Positions 28,604 to 38,107 of a DNA stretch of 64,000 nt are shown one piece after another; positions within the stretch are counted from its first letter, which is position 1, and each line of letters starts with the position of its first letter. The stretch is from positions 1-64,000 of IMG/VR virus record IMGVR_UViG_3300037067_018293. The stretch is one strand, 5' to 3'. The DNA is from a virus (taxonomy: Duplodnaviria > Caudoviricetes). The notes under the pieces were generated by a model that was not told the DNA's origin, made no database searches, and worked only from the letters and a program-made list of their open reading frames with translations. Both the position numbers and the translations under genes were made by a program.

Positions 28604-30625
28604 TCAGTATCGCATGCGACGTTTTGGACGATAGCCGCCGCCCATACGTCCAGCCGTCGAAATGACGTTCGTACGTTTGGGTCCGCCGACGCGACTACGG
28701 GCACCCCGGCGGTACTTCTCTTTGTTGCCCTGAACCGTACGGTGTGCCAAGACAGAACAACGAAACAGATCGTCGTTCCCGGCGTCCGGCTTCACGACCT
28801 TGCGGAAGAACTGATTGACGGTCGTGAGTTGAAGTTGAAAGTGTGCCCGAGGATGACGAGCCCGCTCAACCAGGTTAGTGGTGAACAGCAGCTCATCGGG
28901 ATCCACCTCGGGCACAGGGAACCAAATACGACTTGCCTTTATGTCGTTGCGGTAGTCCTCGAAGTCTTTCCACCGCAACGTGCATTGACTAGCATCGACG
29001 CGATAGTTGGTGCGGAGATCCCGCACCGCGTAACTAGACTCCCACCGATCGTACACGACGTGCTGAATGTTGAACGTCCGGATGATCGGCACGATCAATT
29101 CGTCGTAACACCACTGGAGATCCACCTGGTGGTGTTTGTAAGGCGCGACCTCCAAGAACTCTTCCAACAACACGCCGTCGTGTTCCGGGTAGTAGGACGC
29201 GAGACACAAGGCGAACGAGTTGTTCTTCTCACCGTTGTCTACCGCAAGACACCGAGGCGTCGATTTGTCCGCCGCCTTGCGCCCCAACACAGGTCGCAGT
29301 AACGTGACGCCCGTTTCCTTGTCGGCCACGGCTTTGATTTCGTACTGAAGGAGCGGACGCTTCGTAAGCTCGTGGTCCACCAGTTCCTTCAGGTATGCAC
29401 CTGGTTCAATAAAATGCGACGCTGCACGTGGCGGCTGGGCTCGATAGTCGCGGTTGAACTTGATCAGGTCGGCCCCTTCTTCTTCTACAAGAGTTTCCTC
29501 ATCTTCATTTGGATTGACCTCCCAGGTTGCATAACGCGTATGCATCATCCTGGGACTCTTGTTCGCCAGTGCGGCCCGCAGTTCAATCGGATCACTGATG
29601 CTGCTGGGGCTGCTGATGCAAAACATGTAGCCGTCGAGCGCGTCGTAATCACCGTACTGTCGTCGACGTTTATTCGCCCTGGTTCTGACGGTACGAAGCG
29701 AACGGTTCATCGACACGAAAACTTCGGTGCCGTCTTTTACGCCGGTCCGTTGTTTGCCGTCCTCCGTGACATTAAAATGTCCCCATTCATCAAGCGTCGC
29801 GAAAAATCGCGTACCTCCACGAAGTGTGCCGGAGTTCGCCGCCTTCATGGTCAGGACCATGCGTTTGGCAGGAAACCCAATGTAGGTTTGCTGCCGCATG
29901 TACATCTCGACGCCGAGACGTTTCTCTTCTGCTTTCAAGTGATCGACGTACTGGCGAAACCACGGCGACGCGTCAAATGCGTGCTTGAATGGCGTCCACA
30001 TGTACGTATTGATCTGATCTTTTATGGGTGCGACGAACGCGGCTTCCAACACGGTATTGGAAGCGAGTTGGAAGTAGTTCGTGATGCTGGGGATCGCTAA
30101 GTACCTGTGCAGAATGTAGGGCCAGAAAAACGTCGCGACCGAAAAACTCTTGCTTGCCCGCTGTCCCCAAATTCCGTTGAACTCGTTGGGTGGGGCGGGC
30201 CGTAACGTTACGGACTCATCCCACGCGTAGTATTTGGCGTAGCGAGCATCGCGTTGCCAGTCCGTCAGGATCTCGGTACGGTTTCGTTTGCACCGAGGAC
30301 ACACGCCGTGTTCCAGCAGCACGATGCGGTCGTGGAAATTCTGGACGCTGTCGTCCACCGGCACGTTGTAGTAGTAGTCGACGTCAGAGCAGAAGTAGCA
30401 AGCGTCCTCAAAGAACCGCGCCAGCATTTGCAACTGACGCGGGTACAGAGGATCCGACGCGTTCAGGTACAGGTGGCTCGTGCACCACTCGATCGAATTG
30501 TTCGCGACGTCAAACTGCTGCTCGGTAAAAACCGACGGATCGAGGTCTGCCGCGATGGCCTTGCGGACAAGGTCCGCGGGATCGGGCTCTTCTGCCCGTT
30601 GATTTGAATTACGTACGACAACCAT
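28604..30625 (-). CDS. terL: Terminase large subunit
   Basis: Walker A-like WGQRASKS, Walker B FATLDEWGHF, C-motif ISSP, nuclease LAVDNG...YDRW...DDL. Confidence 0.8.
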   Translation of the reverse strand: MVVVRNSNQRAEEPDPADLVRKAIAADLDPSVFTEQQFDVANNSIEWCTSHLYLNASDPLYPRQLQMLARFFEDACYFCSDVDYYYNVPVDDSVQNFHDRIVLLEHGVCPRCKRNRTEILTDWQRDARYAKYYAWDESVTLRPAPPNEFNGIWGQRASKSFSVATFFWPYILHRYLAIPSITNYFQLASNTVLEAAFVAPIKDQINTYMWTPFKHAFDASPWFRQYVDHLKAEEKRLGVEMYMRQQTYIGFPAKRMVLTMKAANSGTLRGGTRFFATLDEWGHFNVTEDGKQRTGVKDGTEVFVSMNRSLRTVRTRANKRRRQYGDYDALDGYMFCISSPSSISDPIELRAALANKSPRMMHTRYATWEVNPNEDEETLVEEEGADLIKFNRDYRAQPPRAASHFIEPGAYLKELVDHELTKRPLLQYEIKAVADKETGVTLLRPVLGRKAADKSTPRCLAVDNGEKNNSFALCLASYYPEHDGVLLEEFLEVAPYKHHQVDLQWCYDELIVPIIRTFNIQHVVYDRWESSYAVRDLRTNYRVDASQCTLRWKDFEDYRNDIKASRIWFPVPEVDPDELLFTTNLVERARHPRAHFQLQLTTVNQFFRKVVKPDAGNDDLFRCSVLAHRTVQGNKEKYRRGARSRVGGPKRTNVISTAGRMGGGYRPKRRMRY

Positions 30626-30630
30626 CGTGG

Positions 30631-30885
30631 CTACTGCGGCTCTACGCCTTCCTTTATCGCCAACTTCCGTGCCAGCAGTCTCGTTGCTTTCGCCGACTTG
30701 ATGGCCTCGCGTAAGGACCGCAGGAGTTTGGCACGAACGATCTCACCGTCCAGATCATATAATTGAATCACGCCCGTGATGGATCTGAATTCCCCGTCGT
30801 ACTGTACGTCAACACCACAAGAATCATCGTCGTCAACTGCGTCAAGCTGTGGTGTGGGGAATAGTTCTTCACGCTCGTTTTGCAT
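30631..30885 (-). CDS. Hypothetical protein
   Basis: 84-aa ORF in operon. Confidence 0.6.
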   Translation of the reverse strand: MQNEREELFPTPQLDAVDDDDSCGVDVQYDGEFRSITGVIQLYDLDGEIVRAKLLRSLREAIKSAKATRLLARKLAIKEGVEPQ

Positions 30886-30890
30886 GAGGG

Positions 30891-31379
30891 TTATCTCTTT
30901 TTGTAGATGGCCAACATGTTGCGGTAGACACCGTCTACCTGTTGTCTGAGGGCATCGATCGTACCGTCCAGTACGGACAGATCATTGTAGTGCACGGTAG
31001 TCTGCACGTAAGAAACACGAAGGTCGTCTGATATTTTGTCTAACCTGGCCATCAGGGCTTTGATGTCGTGCTTGGCTTCATCTACGTCCCGCGACTGTTG
31101 GTGCATACTGCACCGTACTTGTATGTCGTGCACCTCGGTCGTCAACGTCTTGATGGCGTTGCGGAACTCCTGCACGTCAGCACACAGACGTTCCGTCTTG
31201 CTGGTCACGCCGTTTAATTGTGCCTTGGTTGCGTGTTCGTCCTGCTGCTGCTCTTTCTTTTCGTTCTCTTTGCGTCTCTTCAACGCAAACCAAATACCAA
31301 ATATCGTCCCCATCACAGCACCGACGCCCCCCACGATAGCCAGGATTTCTTTTATCGTGTTGTAGGCTGAAGCGAACAT
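30891..31379 (-). CDS. Single-TM coiled-coil membrane protein (holin-like architecture, unproven)
   Basis: ILAIVGGVGAVMGTIFGIWFAL followed by a basic patch and coiled coil. Confidence 0.6.
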   Translation of the reverse strand: MFASAYNTIKEILAIVGGVGAVMGTIFGIWFALKRRKENEKKEQQQDEHATKAQLNGVTSKTERLCADVQEFRNAIKTLTTEVHDIQVRCSMHQQSRDVDEAKHDIKALMARLDKISDDLRVSYVQTTVHYNDLSVLDGTIDALRQQVDGVYRNMLAIYKKR

Positions 31380-31411
31380 CAGGACCCCTTCCGAACAATC
31401 GGTACTGTAGT

Positions 31412-32122
31412 TTAGACATCGTCTCGCTGTGCCTCAAAATCGTGAAGTGTCACGAGTTCAAAGAACTGCACGAAATGTTCCTTGGCTTCGTCCGAAATAC
31501 CAGGCGTCTCGACGATGTGCATCGCGAGGCCCGCGAGGAAGTCAGTCGGTGGACTCGGCGGCATGGATTCAGATGTCTCGACGTCAGGTAACGCGGCCTG
31601 CAGGACCCCCAACATTGCGCCCAACGCATACGCTGGACTGGGGGCCGCCTGGACCACCGGTTCCCCGTTCTTCAGTATTGCGTAGGTTTGACCATCAGTC
31701 GTGAGGTTGTAGACGTCTTGACCGACGTAGATGGTGACGGGCAATGCGGCGGTGGGGCCGACGTCGGCTTTGCGGAAGTGCGCTTGGCGCTGGTCGTCCC
31801 ACCGGACCGTCACGACGGTCTCGTGGGAATTTCGGCTGCGACCAACGTGATCGACGTCGTAGTCGACGGCGTACGTTTCCATCACGTCCTTGGCCAACCG
31901 ATCTACGATAGGCTCGACGTCTAGTTCGTCACCGTCGGGTTCGTTGTTGGCGGTGTCGTAGTACACGATCGAATACTTGGCGACGTTTTGATCCGTGGCC
32001 TCGCGAATACTCTCCTCTTTGAAGAACGCGGCCGGCACCTCAAGACTGACGCGGTCCTGAAGTTCTTGCAGCAGATAGATCAGTGAGTCAAGTTCGGCGT
32101 AACGCAGCATAATGGTCTCCAC
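31412..32122 (-). CDS. Hypothetical acidic protein
   Basis: 236-aa ORF. Confidence 0.65.
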   Translation of the reverse strand: METIMLRYAELDSLIYLLQELQDRVSLEVPAAFFKEESIREATDQNVAKYSIVYYDTANNEPDGDELDVEPIVDRLAKDVMETYAVDYDVDHVGRSRNSHETVVTVRWDDQRQAHFRKADVGPTAALPVTIYVGQDVYNLTTDGQTYAILKNGEPVVQAAPSPAYALGAMLGVLQAALPDVETSESMPPSPPTDFLAGLAMHIVETPGISDEAKEHFVQFFELVTLHDFEAQRDDV

Positions 32123-32167
32123 TCGAAATCGGGTTTCGTCCTACTAAAGATTAACGTCTAAATAGAA

Positions 32168-32188
32168 ATAGGCTATTTCAGCCTATTT
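32168..32188 (-). terminator. Possible intrinsic terminator hairpin
   Basis: AATAGGCT-ATTTC-AGCCTATT inverted repeat after the 32216 gene. Confidence 0.4.
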
Positions 32189-32215
32189 TGCCCCCAATTC
32201 AGTTTTGTGTGGAGT

Positions 32216-32593
32216 CTAGGCCAGGAGTTCGATTTCCTGGCCCTTGATGGCGACGAGGCGACGGGTCCAGCGGTGTACCTTGCTGGTGGTGCTGAGACGG
32301 TATTGCGTCGTCCTGGTCAGAACCAGCATAGTGGTGACGGTGATGTCCTGTGCCCTAGGATCGAGGTTCAGGCGCGAGAGCAAATTACCACGGGACTCGT
32401 GGTACTGCGCACTGTATCGCTTGGCCTTGCCCTGTAGCCCCGCACCACTCCACGCCGCCGAGCCCCGCAGCAGTGCTCGCTGGTACGGGCCCTTGGCCAA
32501 CGCAGCGTAATCCCAATCACCTGGCACCAAGTCGGCAGGAACATATTGTTGCACGGCCGCACGATCCATCGGTTTTGCTTTGATGATTTCCAT
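32216..32593 (-). CDS. Hypothetical protein
   Basis: 125-aa ORF with GGAG RBS. Confidence 0.65.
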   Translation of the reverse strand: MEIIKAKPMDRAAVQQYVPADLVPGDWDYAALAKGPYQRALLRGSAAWSGAGLQGKAKRYSAQYHESRGNLLSRLNLDPRAQDITVTTMLVLTRTTQYRLSTTSKVHRWTRRLVAIKGQEIELLA

Positions 32594-32611
32594 CGTGGTA
32601 ACTCCTTTTCG

Positions 32612-34876
32612 TTACTTCGCGTTTCGTTGTTCCATCCGGGCCACCAGCTCGGCCCGGATGTCAAGGTCCTGCGGTGCTGCCGTACCGTTCAGCACAGCGT
32701 CCAGAACCAGCCGCTTGGACTCAATCAATTCTGCCATGTCTGCGTCGACCGTATCGTTGACCATCAGGTATCTGATCGTTACGGCCGAAGCCTGACCGAT
32801 ACGATGGCACCTATCCTCAGCCTGCACTTCATCACCTGGAGTAAACTGGCGTTCAACCACCAACACGTTGCTGGCCCTCGTCAGCGTGATGCCGACACCC
32901 GCCGCCTTGGTCGAGAGCAGCATGACGTCGGTTTTGCCCGCCTGGAAATCGTCCACCAGGCGCCCACGCTGCTCCTGCGACACGCTACCGTCGATCCGCC
33001 CGAACCGCACACCGAGGGTTCTGCAGCCTTCCTGCAGGGCGTCCAACACGTCGTGGTGATGGGCGAAAACCAGCAGCGGCGTGTTGGTGTCGGCGTACTG
33101 CTCGATCCACTCGATCGCGGCCCGCACCTTCACGCGCCCGACAAACTGCCGCTGCGCCGTGATGGTGGCGAGGGCGTTCTCACCCTCGATACCACGATAC
33201 TCTCGCCGTTCCGCCGGCGTCATCTCGACGTCCGTGATGGTGCGGGTTTTGGGCGGCAGCTCCGTCAAGACCTGCTCCTTGGTCCGGCGGATCATGAAGC
33301 TGCGGAGCCGCTGGTTCAACTCGTCCGTATTGGTCGCGCCCTTCGCGACGTACACCCACTTACCCCGCGCCACGTTCTCCTCGTGACCGTCGCAGTAGCG
33401 TTCGGTGAAACGACGCCACGATCCGAAATCGGAGGGGCGCAGGAGGTGCAGAAACGTGAAGAACTCGACCGGCCGGTTCACGATCGGCGTGCCCGACAGC
33501 CCGATCATCGCCTTGACGCTCGGGTGCTTCGCGAGGCTACAGAACGACGCCGCTCTGGCGGTCTTGTAGTTTTTCACCAGATGTACTTCGTCACCCACCA
33601 CGGCCTTGGGGTTCAGAGCCTTGATGGCGTCGATGTGCTTTTTCAGCAGATCGTACGTAACGACCAGGATGGTCGCGTCGGGATTGATCGTGTCCTTGCC
33701 GGTCTTGAGCACCTGTACCGTTTCGGTCGGGCGCCAGGTATTGGCCTCACGGCGCCAGTTGCTCGTCACGACGGCCGGCACCACCAGGACGGCGGGGCGA
33801 AGCTCGGGGTGGAGCGCCAGGTAGCCGAGCGTCTCGATTGATTTACCCAAACCCATCTCCTCGGCCAGCAGAGCGCGACCACCTGCCTTCTCTACGAATT
33901 CCACCGCGACATACTGGAAGGGATAGAGACGCTTGCCGTCAGGCAGCACAGCATCAATCCGTTGCTTCACAGTGTCGGTCGTGTCCACAGCGTTTGACGA
34001 CCGCTGACATCCGAGGGCGTCCTGCAGGAGTTTGTACGCCTCGGGCGTCACGGTCAGCGGCTGTCCATCCAGGAGGTCGAGGTGGAGCATCAGGGCCGAA
34101 ACCCCGATGCGCCAGCACTTGGGCTCGGGGTCCCACCTGGCGCCCTGCGCCTTGATCGCGTCCTTGATGACGGCGTGGGCCGGGGTGGTCCACGGCGGGT
34201 CGAGGAACAGCTTCAGGCCCTCGCCGTTGGCCGCGATCAAAATCTCGCCCTGCCGCCTGGTCGCCGCGATCTTGACGGGGCGGTCCCCAATCTTCGTCGT
34301 GGGTGCTGCGGGCGCTTTTTCCACCACGGGTTTTTCGGCGGGCTTGCTGTCGGTGTCCGTGCTGGTGTTCGCCGTCGTGTCGTTACTGCCCTGACCATTC
34401 CACTTACGGTTTGCCACCGTCAGGATGGTTTGCCCCTCAACACTTTCCTTTTCGATCTGGGTGCCGAGGTGCATCTGGAGGTACCTCGCAGCACGCGTGG
34501 CACCGAACGGGTTGTAGCCACTCGCGACCCACGAGGCCACGGGGCCGTAGGTAGAGCGCGAACACCCGATGTTGTCGAGGGGCCACTCGGGGTCCGTGGC
34601 GGCGACCATACGGTCGGCCACGTCTTTGAGGACCGTGACCTCTTCGGCCGAAGCTGCCAGCGGCAGATTTGCCACCGCCGCGTACTTGAAACTCTTGGTC
34701 TTGACCAGCCCGAAGGCTTGGAGCCGGTCCAGAATCGGAACGATGTTGGCAATGGGCTCGCCAACCTGAACAGCGGTGCCACTAATGCAGCACCGCTGGT
34801 TGTCGTATTTGGAAATGAATGTCCGGAGCCCGAAGGCACGGACCGTGGGGTGATTCTGGTAGTTTTTCGTTTCCAT
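32612..34876 (-). CDS. SNF2-family (SMARCAL1/HARP-like) helicase
   Basis: LLAEEMGLGKS, DEVH, LSGTPIVNRP, STKAAGVGITLT, QAEDRCHRIGQ; start ATG 34876. Confidence 0.92.
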   Translation of the reverse strand: METKNYQNHPTVRAFGLRTFISKYDNQRCCISGTAVQVGEPIANIVPILDRLQAFGLVKTKSFKYAAVANLPLAASAEEVTVLKDVADRMVAATDPEWPLDNIGCSRSTYGPVASWVASGYNPFGATRAARYLQMHLGTQIEKESVEGQTILTVANRKWNGQGSNDTTANTSTDTDSKPAEKPVVEKAPAAPTTKIGDRPVKIAATRRQGEILIAANGEGLKLFLDPPWTTPAHAVIKDAIKAQGARWDPEPKCWRIGVSALMLHLDLLDGQPLTVTPEAYKLLQDALGCQRSSNAVDTTDTVKQRIDAVLPDGKRLYPFQYVAVEFVEKAGGRALLAEEMGLGKSIETLGYLALHPELRPAVLVVPAVVTSNWRREANTWRPTETVQVLKTGKDTINPDATILVVTYDLLKKHIDAIKALNPKAVVGDEVHLVKNYKTARAASFCSLAKHPSVKAMIGLSGTPIVNRPVEFFTFLHLLRPSDFGSWRRFTERYCDGHEENVARGKWVYVAKGATNTDELNQRLRSFMIRRTKEQVLTELPPKTRTITDVEMTPAERREYRGIEGENALATITAQRQFVGRVKVRAAIEWIEQYADTNTPLLVFAHHHDVLDALQEGCRTLGVRFGRIDGSVSQEQRGRLVDDFQAGKTDVMLLSTKAAGVGITLTRASNVLVVERQFTPGDEVQAEDRCHRIGQASAVTIRYLMVNDTVDADMAELIESKRLVLDAVLNGTAAPQDLDIRAELVARMEQRNAK

Positions 34877-34882
34877 GATTCC

Positions 34883-34911
34883 TTTATACAGAATCACGGG
34901 GTGAATGTCAA
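34883..34911 (-). promoter_or_regulatory. Sigma70-like promoter of the SNF2 gene
   Basis: TTGACA-N17-TATAAA. Confidence 0.6.
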
Positions 34912-34939
34912 TACATGCTCGTGAACGAAAAACCTAAAA

Positions 34940-35128
34940 TTATGAAATCATTGAAGAAAAATTACACCACATCCACACGAACGCGGCATTTTTCGCGTCA
35001 TCCAGGGCTTCGCGGCGATCCAGAAGGTGTACGGGAGCTTCGCGGCGATAAATTTCCCTACCGCCGACGCGGGCGATGACGACACAATAATGGTTTAGAC
35101 GAGAAAACCGGATCGTAATGGTGGGCAT
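34940..35128 (-). CDS. Small hypothetical protein (MPTITIRFSRL...)
   Basis: GGAGG RBS upstream of ATG. Confidence 0.5.
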   Translation of the reverse strand: MPTITIRFSRLNHYCVVIARVGGREIYRREAPVHLLDRREALDDAKNAAFVWMWCNFSSMIS

Positions 35129-35208
35129 CAGGACCTCCTTGGCAGAACAATACCAAGGAGGCGGTGAGTGGGCAAGTTTTCTAGCGAACGTCAATCGGGC
35201 GATGAGCA

Positions 35209-35769
35209 TTACGCAGCGGAAGAATCTACCCACAGAATTTCAGGTAGGTATACATGGATCTGTTCATCCTCTGGCAACTTGCGTAGTATCGTCAAGGCGC
35301 ATATTTCCAAATCCAGCCCGATGTCGCTTTGAATGAGGTGGTCTACAATCTCGTCAATGAGCCCTACGTCGCGTCTGAGGTCAACGTGGCGCTGAAATTG
35401 GTTGTGATCCGTATAGACCAATAAGGTCACAATACCATCGTGTAACACAGGACGGATCCAGCCCTTACGCATGATGTACGTGGTCCACTTGTCTTCAATG
35501 TAGCTTCGTTCTTTTTCTACAGCACCTTGAAGCTGACGCACGTCTGTCCCCAATTCTTTAATATCGGCTTTGTTGATGTCAAAAACACGTATCCCGCGAT
35601 GTTCAAGCCATACGTGTATGCTTTTACTAGAGCCACGGGCCTTTTTCTCGTCTAACGTTTGGATGTGCATGCACTGGTGATCGCTAGACCACCAGCCCCA
35701 ATCATGACCCGCGACATTACGAAGCGTTCTGATCTTCGCCATCGCGACTTTATGGCGGTATTCGGTCAT
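35209..35769 (-). CDS. Hypothetical protein, paralog of 15578-16144
   Basis: GHDWGWWSSDHQCMHIQT; GGAGG RBS partly inside the target duplication. Confidence 0.75.
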   Translation of the reverse strand: MTEYRHKVAMAKIRTLRNVAGHDWGWWSSDHQCMHIQTLDEKKARGSSKSIHVWLEHRGIRVFDINKADIKELGTDVRQLQGAVEKERSYIEDKWTTYIMRKGWIRPVLHDGIVTLLVYTDHNQFQRHVDLRRDVGLIDEIVDHLIQSDIGLDLEICALTILRKLPEDEQIHVYLPEILWVDSSAA

Positions 35770-35784
35770 CGTTACCTCCAGTCC

Positions 35785-35887
35785 GGCCTTGCCCCCAAAA
35801 TACCCCCGTGGTGGGGTATTTTGGGACAGCGGGGCGAATTATGGGGCAGTCCCGGAGGGCGGGTTTTTGCAGGATGTCAATACATTC
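35785..35887. repeat. Transposon left end A (TIR, palindrome, subterminal repeats)
   Basis: TGCCCCCAAAATACCCC-CGTGGT-GGGGTATTTTGGGACA, GAATTATGGGGCA, ATGTCAATACATTC. Confidence 0.85.
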
Positions 35888-36006
35888 AAATTATTCATCT
35901 TTTAAGGTTATTCTCTAGTGAGGGCTGGAAGATACTTGACGAGACCTGTACGTAGATATCATCCTTCTCGACGATCCTTGTGCCGTCAGCCCAAGGAGCA
36001 TCCAAG

Positions 36007-36705
36007 ATGTTTACCAAAGAATGCGAAATGACTCCCGTGGCTGCGGCCTGGCTGAAGGATAGCGGGCATATCGTTAGACAGGAATTTATCGTTCCGCACG
36101 GTTACGTTGATTTGGTTGGCCTTCGCTTCAACCCCGAGAATGTTCAACGGCGTCTCGCCCTCAAACAGAAGACAGCCATCGGTTCAGTATTTGGAACGCG
36201 GCTTCTCCTAAGCATTCCAGATGTTGAAGAAGGTATATCCATAACGTTAAAAGCACTGGTCAAACCCTACTCCGACATATGTTCTGAAACAAAAGTTGCT
36301 CAACAAGTTGAGAAACTAATGAAGGGACGTTTCGTAGTCCCAAAAGGCAAAGCACGATATCAGCGGGTTAATGGCTGGTTGCCCCTCCACGATAGTCTCG
36401 TGGCCATAGAGTTGAAGTTATTGCGCATCCAAGAGGTTTTGTGCCAGGCCAGAAGTAACCTCACATTCGCTGATGAGTCGTACGCTGGTCTTCCTATGGA
36501 TGTCGCCAACCGTGTCTACGCAAAAAGGGAACGTTGGGCAGAATACTTTGATACGGGGGTTGGGCTGCTTGGAGTGAGTTCACGTAAGTGTTCTGTTTTG
36601 ATTCCCAGTCGGAAGAATCTCGATAGATTATCACTAGCGTTACAAACCTATTGTGTGGAGAAGTACTGGCGTAAAGCTACAAAGGGCGAAGGCACTGCCG
36701 CATAA
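36007..36705 (+). CDS. Hypothetical protein with PD-(D/E)XK-like nuclease motifs
   Basis: RQEF..P.G.VDLVG ... AIELKL ... QA.SN..FADESY pattern. Confidence 0.5.
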   Translation: MFTKECEMTPVAAAWLKDSGHIVRQEFIVPHGYVDLVGLRFNPENVQRRLALKQKTAIGSVFGTRLLLSIPDVEEGISITLKALVKPYSDICSETKVAQQVEKLMKGRFVVPKGKARYQRVNGWLPLHDSLVAIELKLLRIQEVLCQARSNLTFADESYAGLPMDVANRVYAKRERWAEYFDTGVGLLGVSSRKCSVLIPSRKNLDRLSLALQTYCVEKYWRKATKGEGTAA

Positions 36706-36748
36706 ACTGCTCTGCGACTATTTGCGGTTGTCTTGCTTGGTTCTCAAT

Positions 36749-37339
36749 GTCCCCAATCGGGGAGGGTGGAATCCCTCGCCTTTTAGGCGAAGCCTTCAGG
36801 AGGCTTGCGGTACGATGCTGGGATGAGCGACTACCGACGGACCTCGCATACGGTATGCCTCCTGCACTACCACTTCGTGTTCATCCCGAAGTACCGCAAG
36901 CCGGTCTTGCGGGGCGACGTGGGAAAGCGGCTGAAGGAGCTGATACAGGAGATTTGTCGCAGCAACGACATAGCCATCCTGAAGGGGCACATCAGCCCGG
37001 ACCACGTGCACCTGCTCTTGGATGTGCCACCGAGTCTTGCCCCGAGCCGAGTGATGCAGGCCATCAAGGGTAAGACCTCGCATCATCTGATGCGTGACTT
37101 TCGGGCGCTGCGCAAGGAGTTCTGGGGTCGGCACCTCTGGGCACGTGGGTACTTCGTGGCATCGAGTGGCAATGTCACGGACGACGTGATCGCCAAGTAC
37201 ATCGAGTTGCAGGGTGCCGAACCCCAGGACGACGATGATTTCAAGATCGACGAGTGAGATGGCCTGCATCGCCGGCTCGGTCTTTAGCCGACTTCAGTCG
37301 GCGGCCAATCCCCTCGCCTTTAGGCGAGGGTCGTTTAGT
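36749..37339 (+). mobile_element. IS200-type element (Y1 transposase only)
   Basis: Hairpins CCCTCGCC-TTT(T)A-GGCGA at both ends; excision restores the interrupted minus-strand gene. Confidence 0.85.
36823..37257 (+). CDS. tnpA: IS200/IS605 Y1 (HUH) transposase TnpA
   Basis: LHYHFVFIPKYR, PDHVHLL (HUH), IKGKTS, LWARGYFV, IAKYIELQ (catalytic Y). Confidence 0.95.
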   Translation: MSDYRRTSHTVCLLHYHFVFIPKYRKPVLRGDVGKRLKELIQEICRSNDIAILKGHISPDHVHLLLDVPPSLAPSRVMQAIKGKTSHHLMRDFRALRKEFWGRHLWARGYFVASSGNVTDDVIAKYIELQGAEPQDDDDFKIDE

Positions 37340-37762
37340 ATTAGAGAATGGTGTTAATTGCGTGCCTGTAACATAGGCGTTTGAGAATTGTTTGTACAGA
37401 TATCCCATTCTTTGGCTCACATTGATTTGTTCTAACTCTTTGATCCACTTATAGTAAAAGTTAGCTACCTGCTGCCTAGCTGAATCACGGTCGTACCCAT
37501 CAAAATTGTCGAGAAGTTGCTGAAGGCTGACTCTGTCTTCGCCTTCTATACTACTAATATTCTGAATTAACCAATCTCTCAAGTCATCATGGCGAACCCA
37601 CCTTCTTAGTACCTTAAGTGCCACGCGTTTCTTTGGTCCTCTGATACCAGAACCAGGAATATGGTATTGGTATGAGCTTCCAAGACCAATAGCTGGAAAA
37701 TTAGCTAGACGTCGAACCCATAAAATTAAGTTCATGCCCCAATAGGGTCCTGATACAAGACG

Positions 37763-38107
37763 ATGCCAAATAGAATTTTATGGCAAGGTACGGATCCACG
37801 TGGTATTAGTGTCTCATTATCTGAGAGCGCGTGGCAACATATTGCCGAACGTCATAAAGAAATTACAAACATTGGAATGGAACATATTTTCTCTGCAGTA
37901 GAAAACCCTGTAGAAATAAGACTCCATTCCACAAATCCATCAAGTGAACAATATGTGGGGCATCTGTTGACAAAAGGTTTTCATGCTCCTGCGACCATTG
38001 TAGTCGCGACCACTGTATCTACCGAGCCTAAGCACATTAAATCTGCTTGGATCACCAATTTGCCGGTAAAAGGTCTCTTGGTATGGTCAAAGGATTCTGA
38101 GCCATGA
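37763..38107 (+). CDS. Putative toxin of a type II TA-like pair (DUF4258/RelE-like)
   Basis: ISVSLSESAWQHIAERH...AVENP pattern; coupled to a DUF2283-like gene. Confidence 0.5.
   Translation: MPNRILWQGTDPRGISVSLSESAWQHIAERHKEITNIGMEHIFSAVENPVEIRLHSTNPSSEQYVGHLLTKGFHAPATIVVATTVSTEPKHIKSAWITNLPVKGLLVWSKDSEP

Larger units (their letters stand above)
36677..37735 (-). pseudogene. Hypothetical gene interrupted by IS200 (37735-37340 joined to 36748-36677)
   Basis: The rejoined frame reads ...TPFSN-IENQARQPQIVAEQFMRQCLRPL*. Confidence 0.6.

Noticed and set aside
32185-32200. TTTTGCCCCCAATT resembling the TIR box
   Set aside because: Single partial match with no GGC terminus, subterminal repeats or TSD; lies beside a terminator-like hairpin.
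32546-33841. Long plus-strand ORFs opposite SNF2, terminase, portal, scaffold and others
   Set aside because: Antisense shadows expected in GC-rich coding DNA; no recognisable motifs or RBS.
28604-34876. Inteins or group I/II introns in terminase, portal or helicase
   Set aside because: No intein splice motifs, homing-endonuclease inserts or frame breaks were seen.
34906-34917. ATGTATTGACAT upstream of SNF2 as a fifth transposon end
   Set aside because: It lacks the TIR and GGGGCA boxes and fits an ordinary -35 element with a correctly spaced -10.
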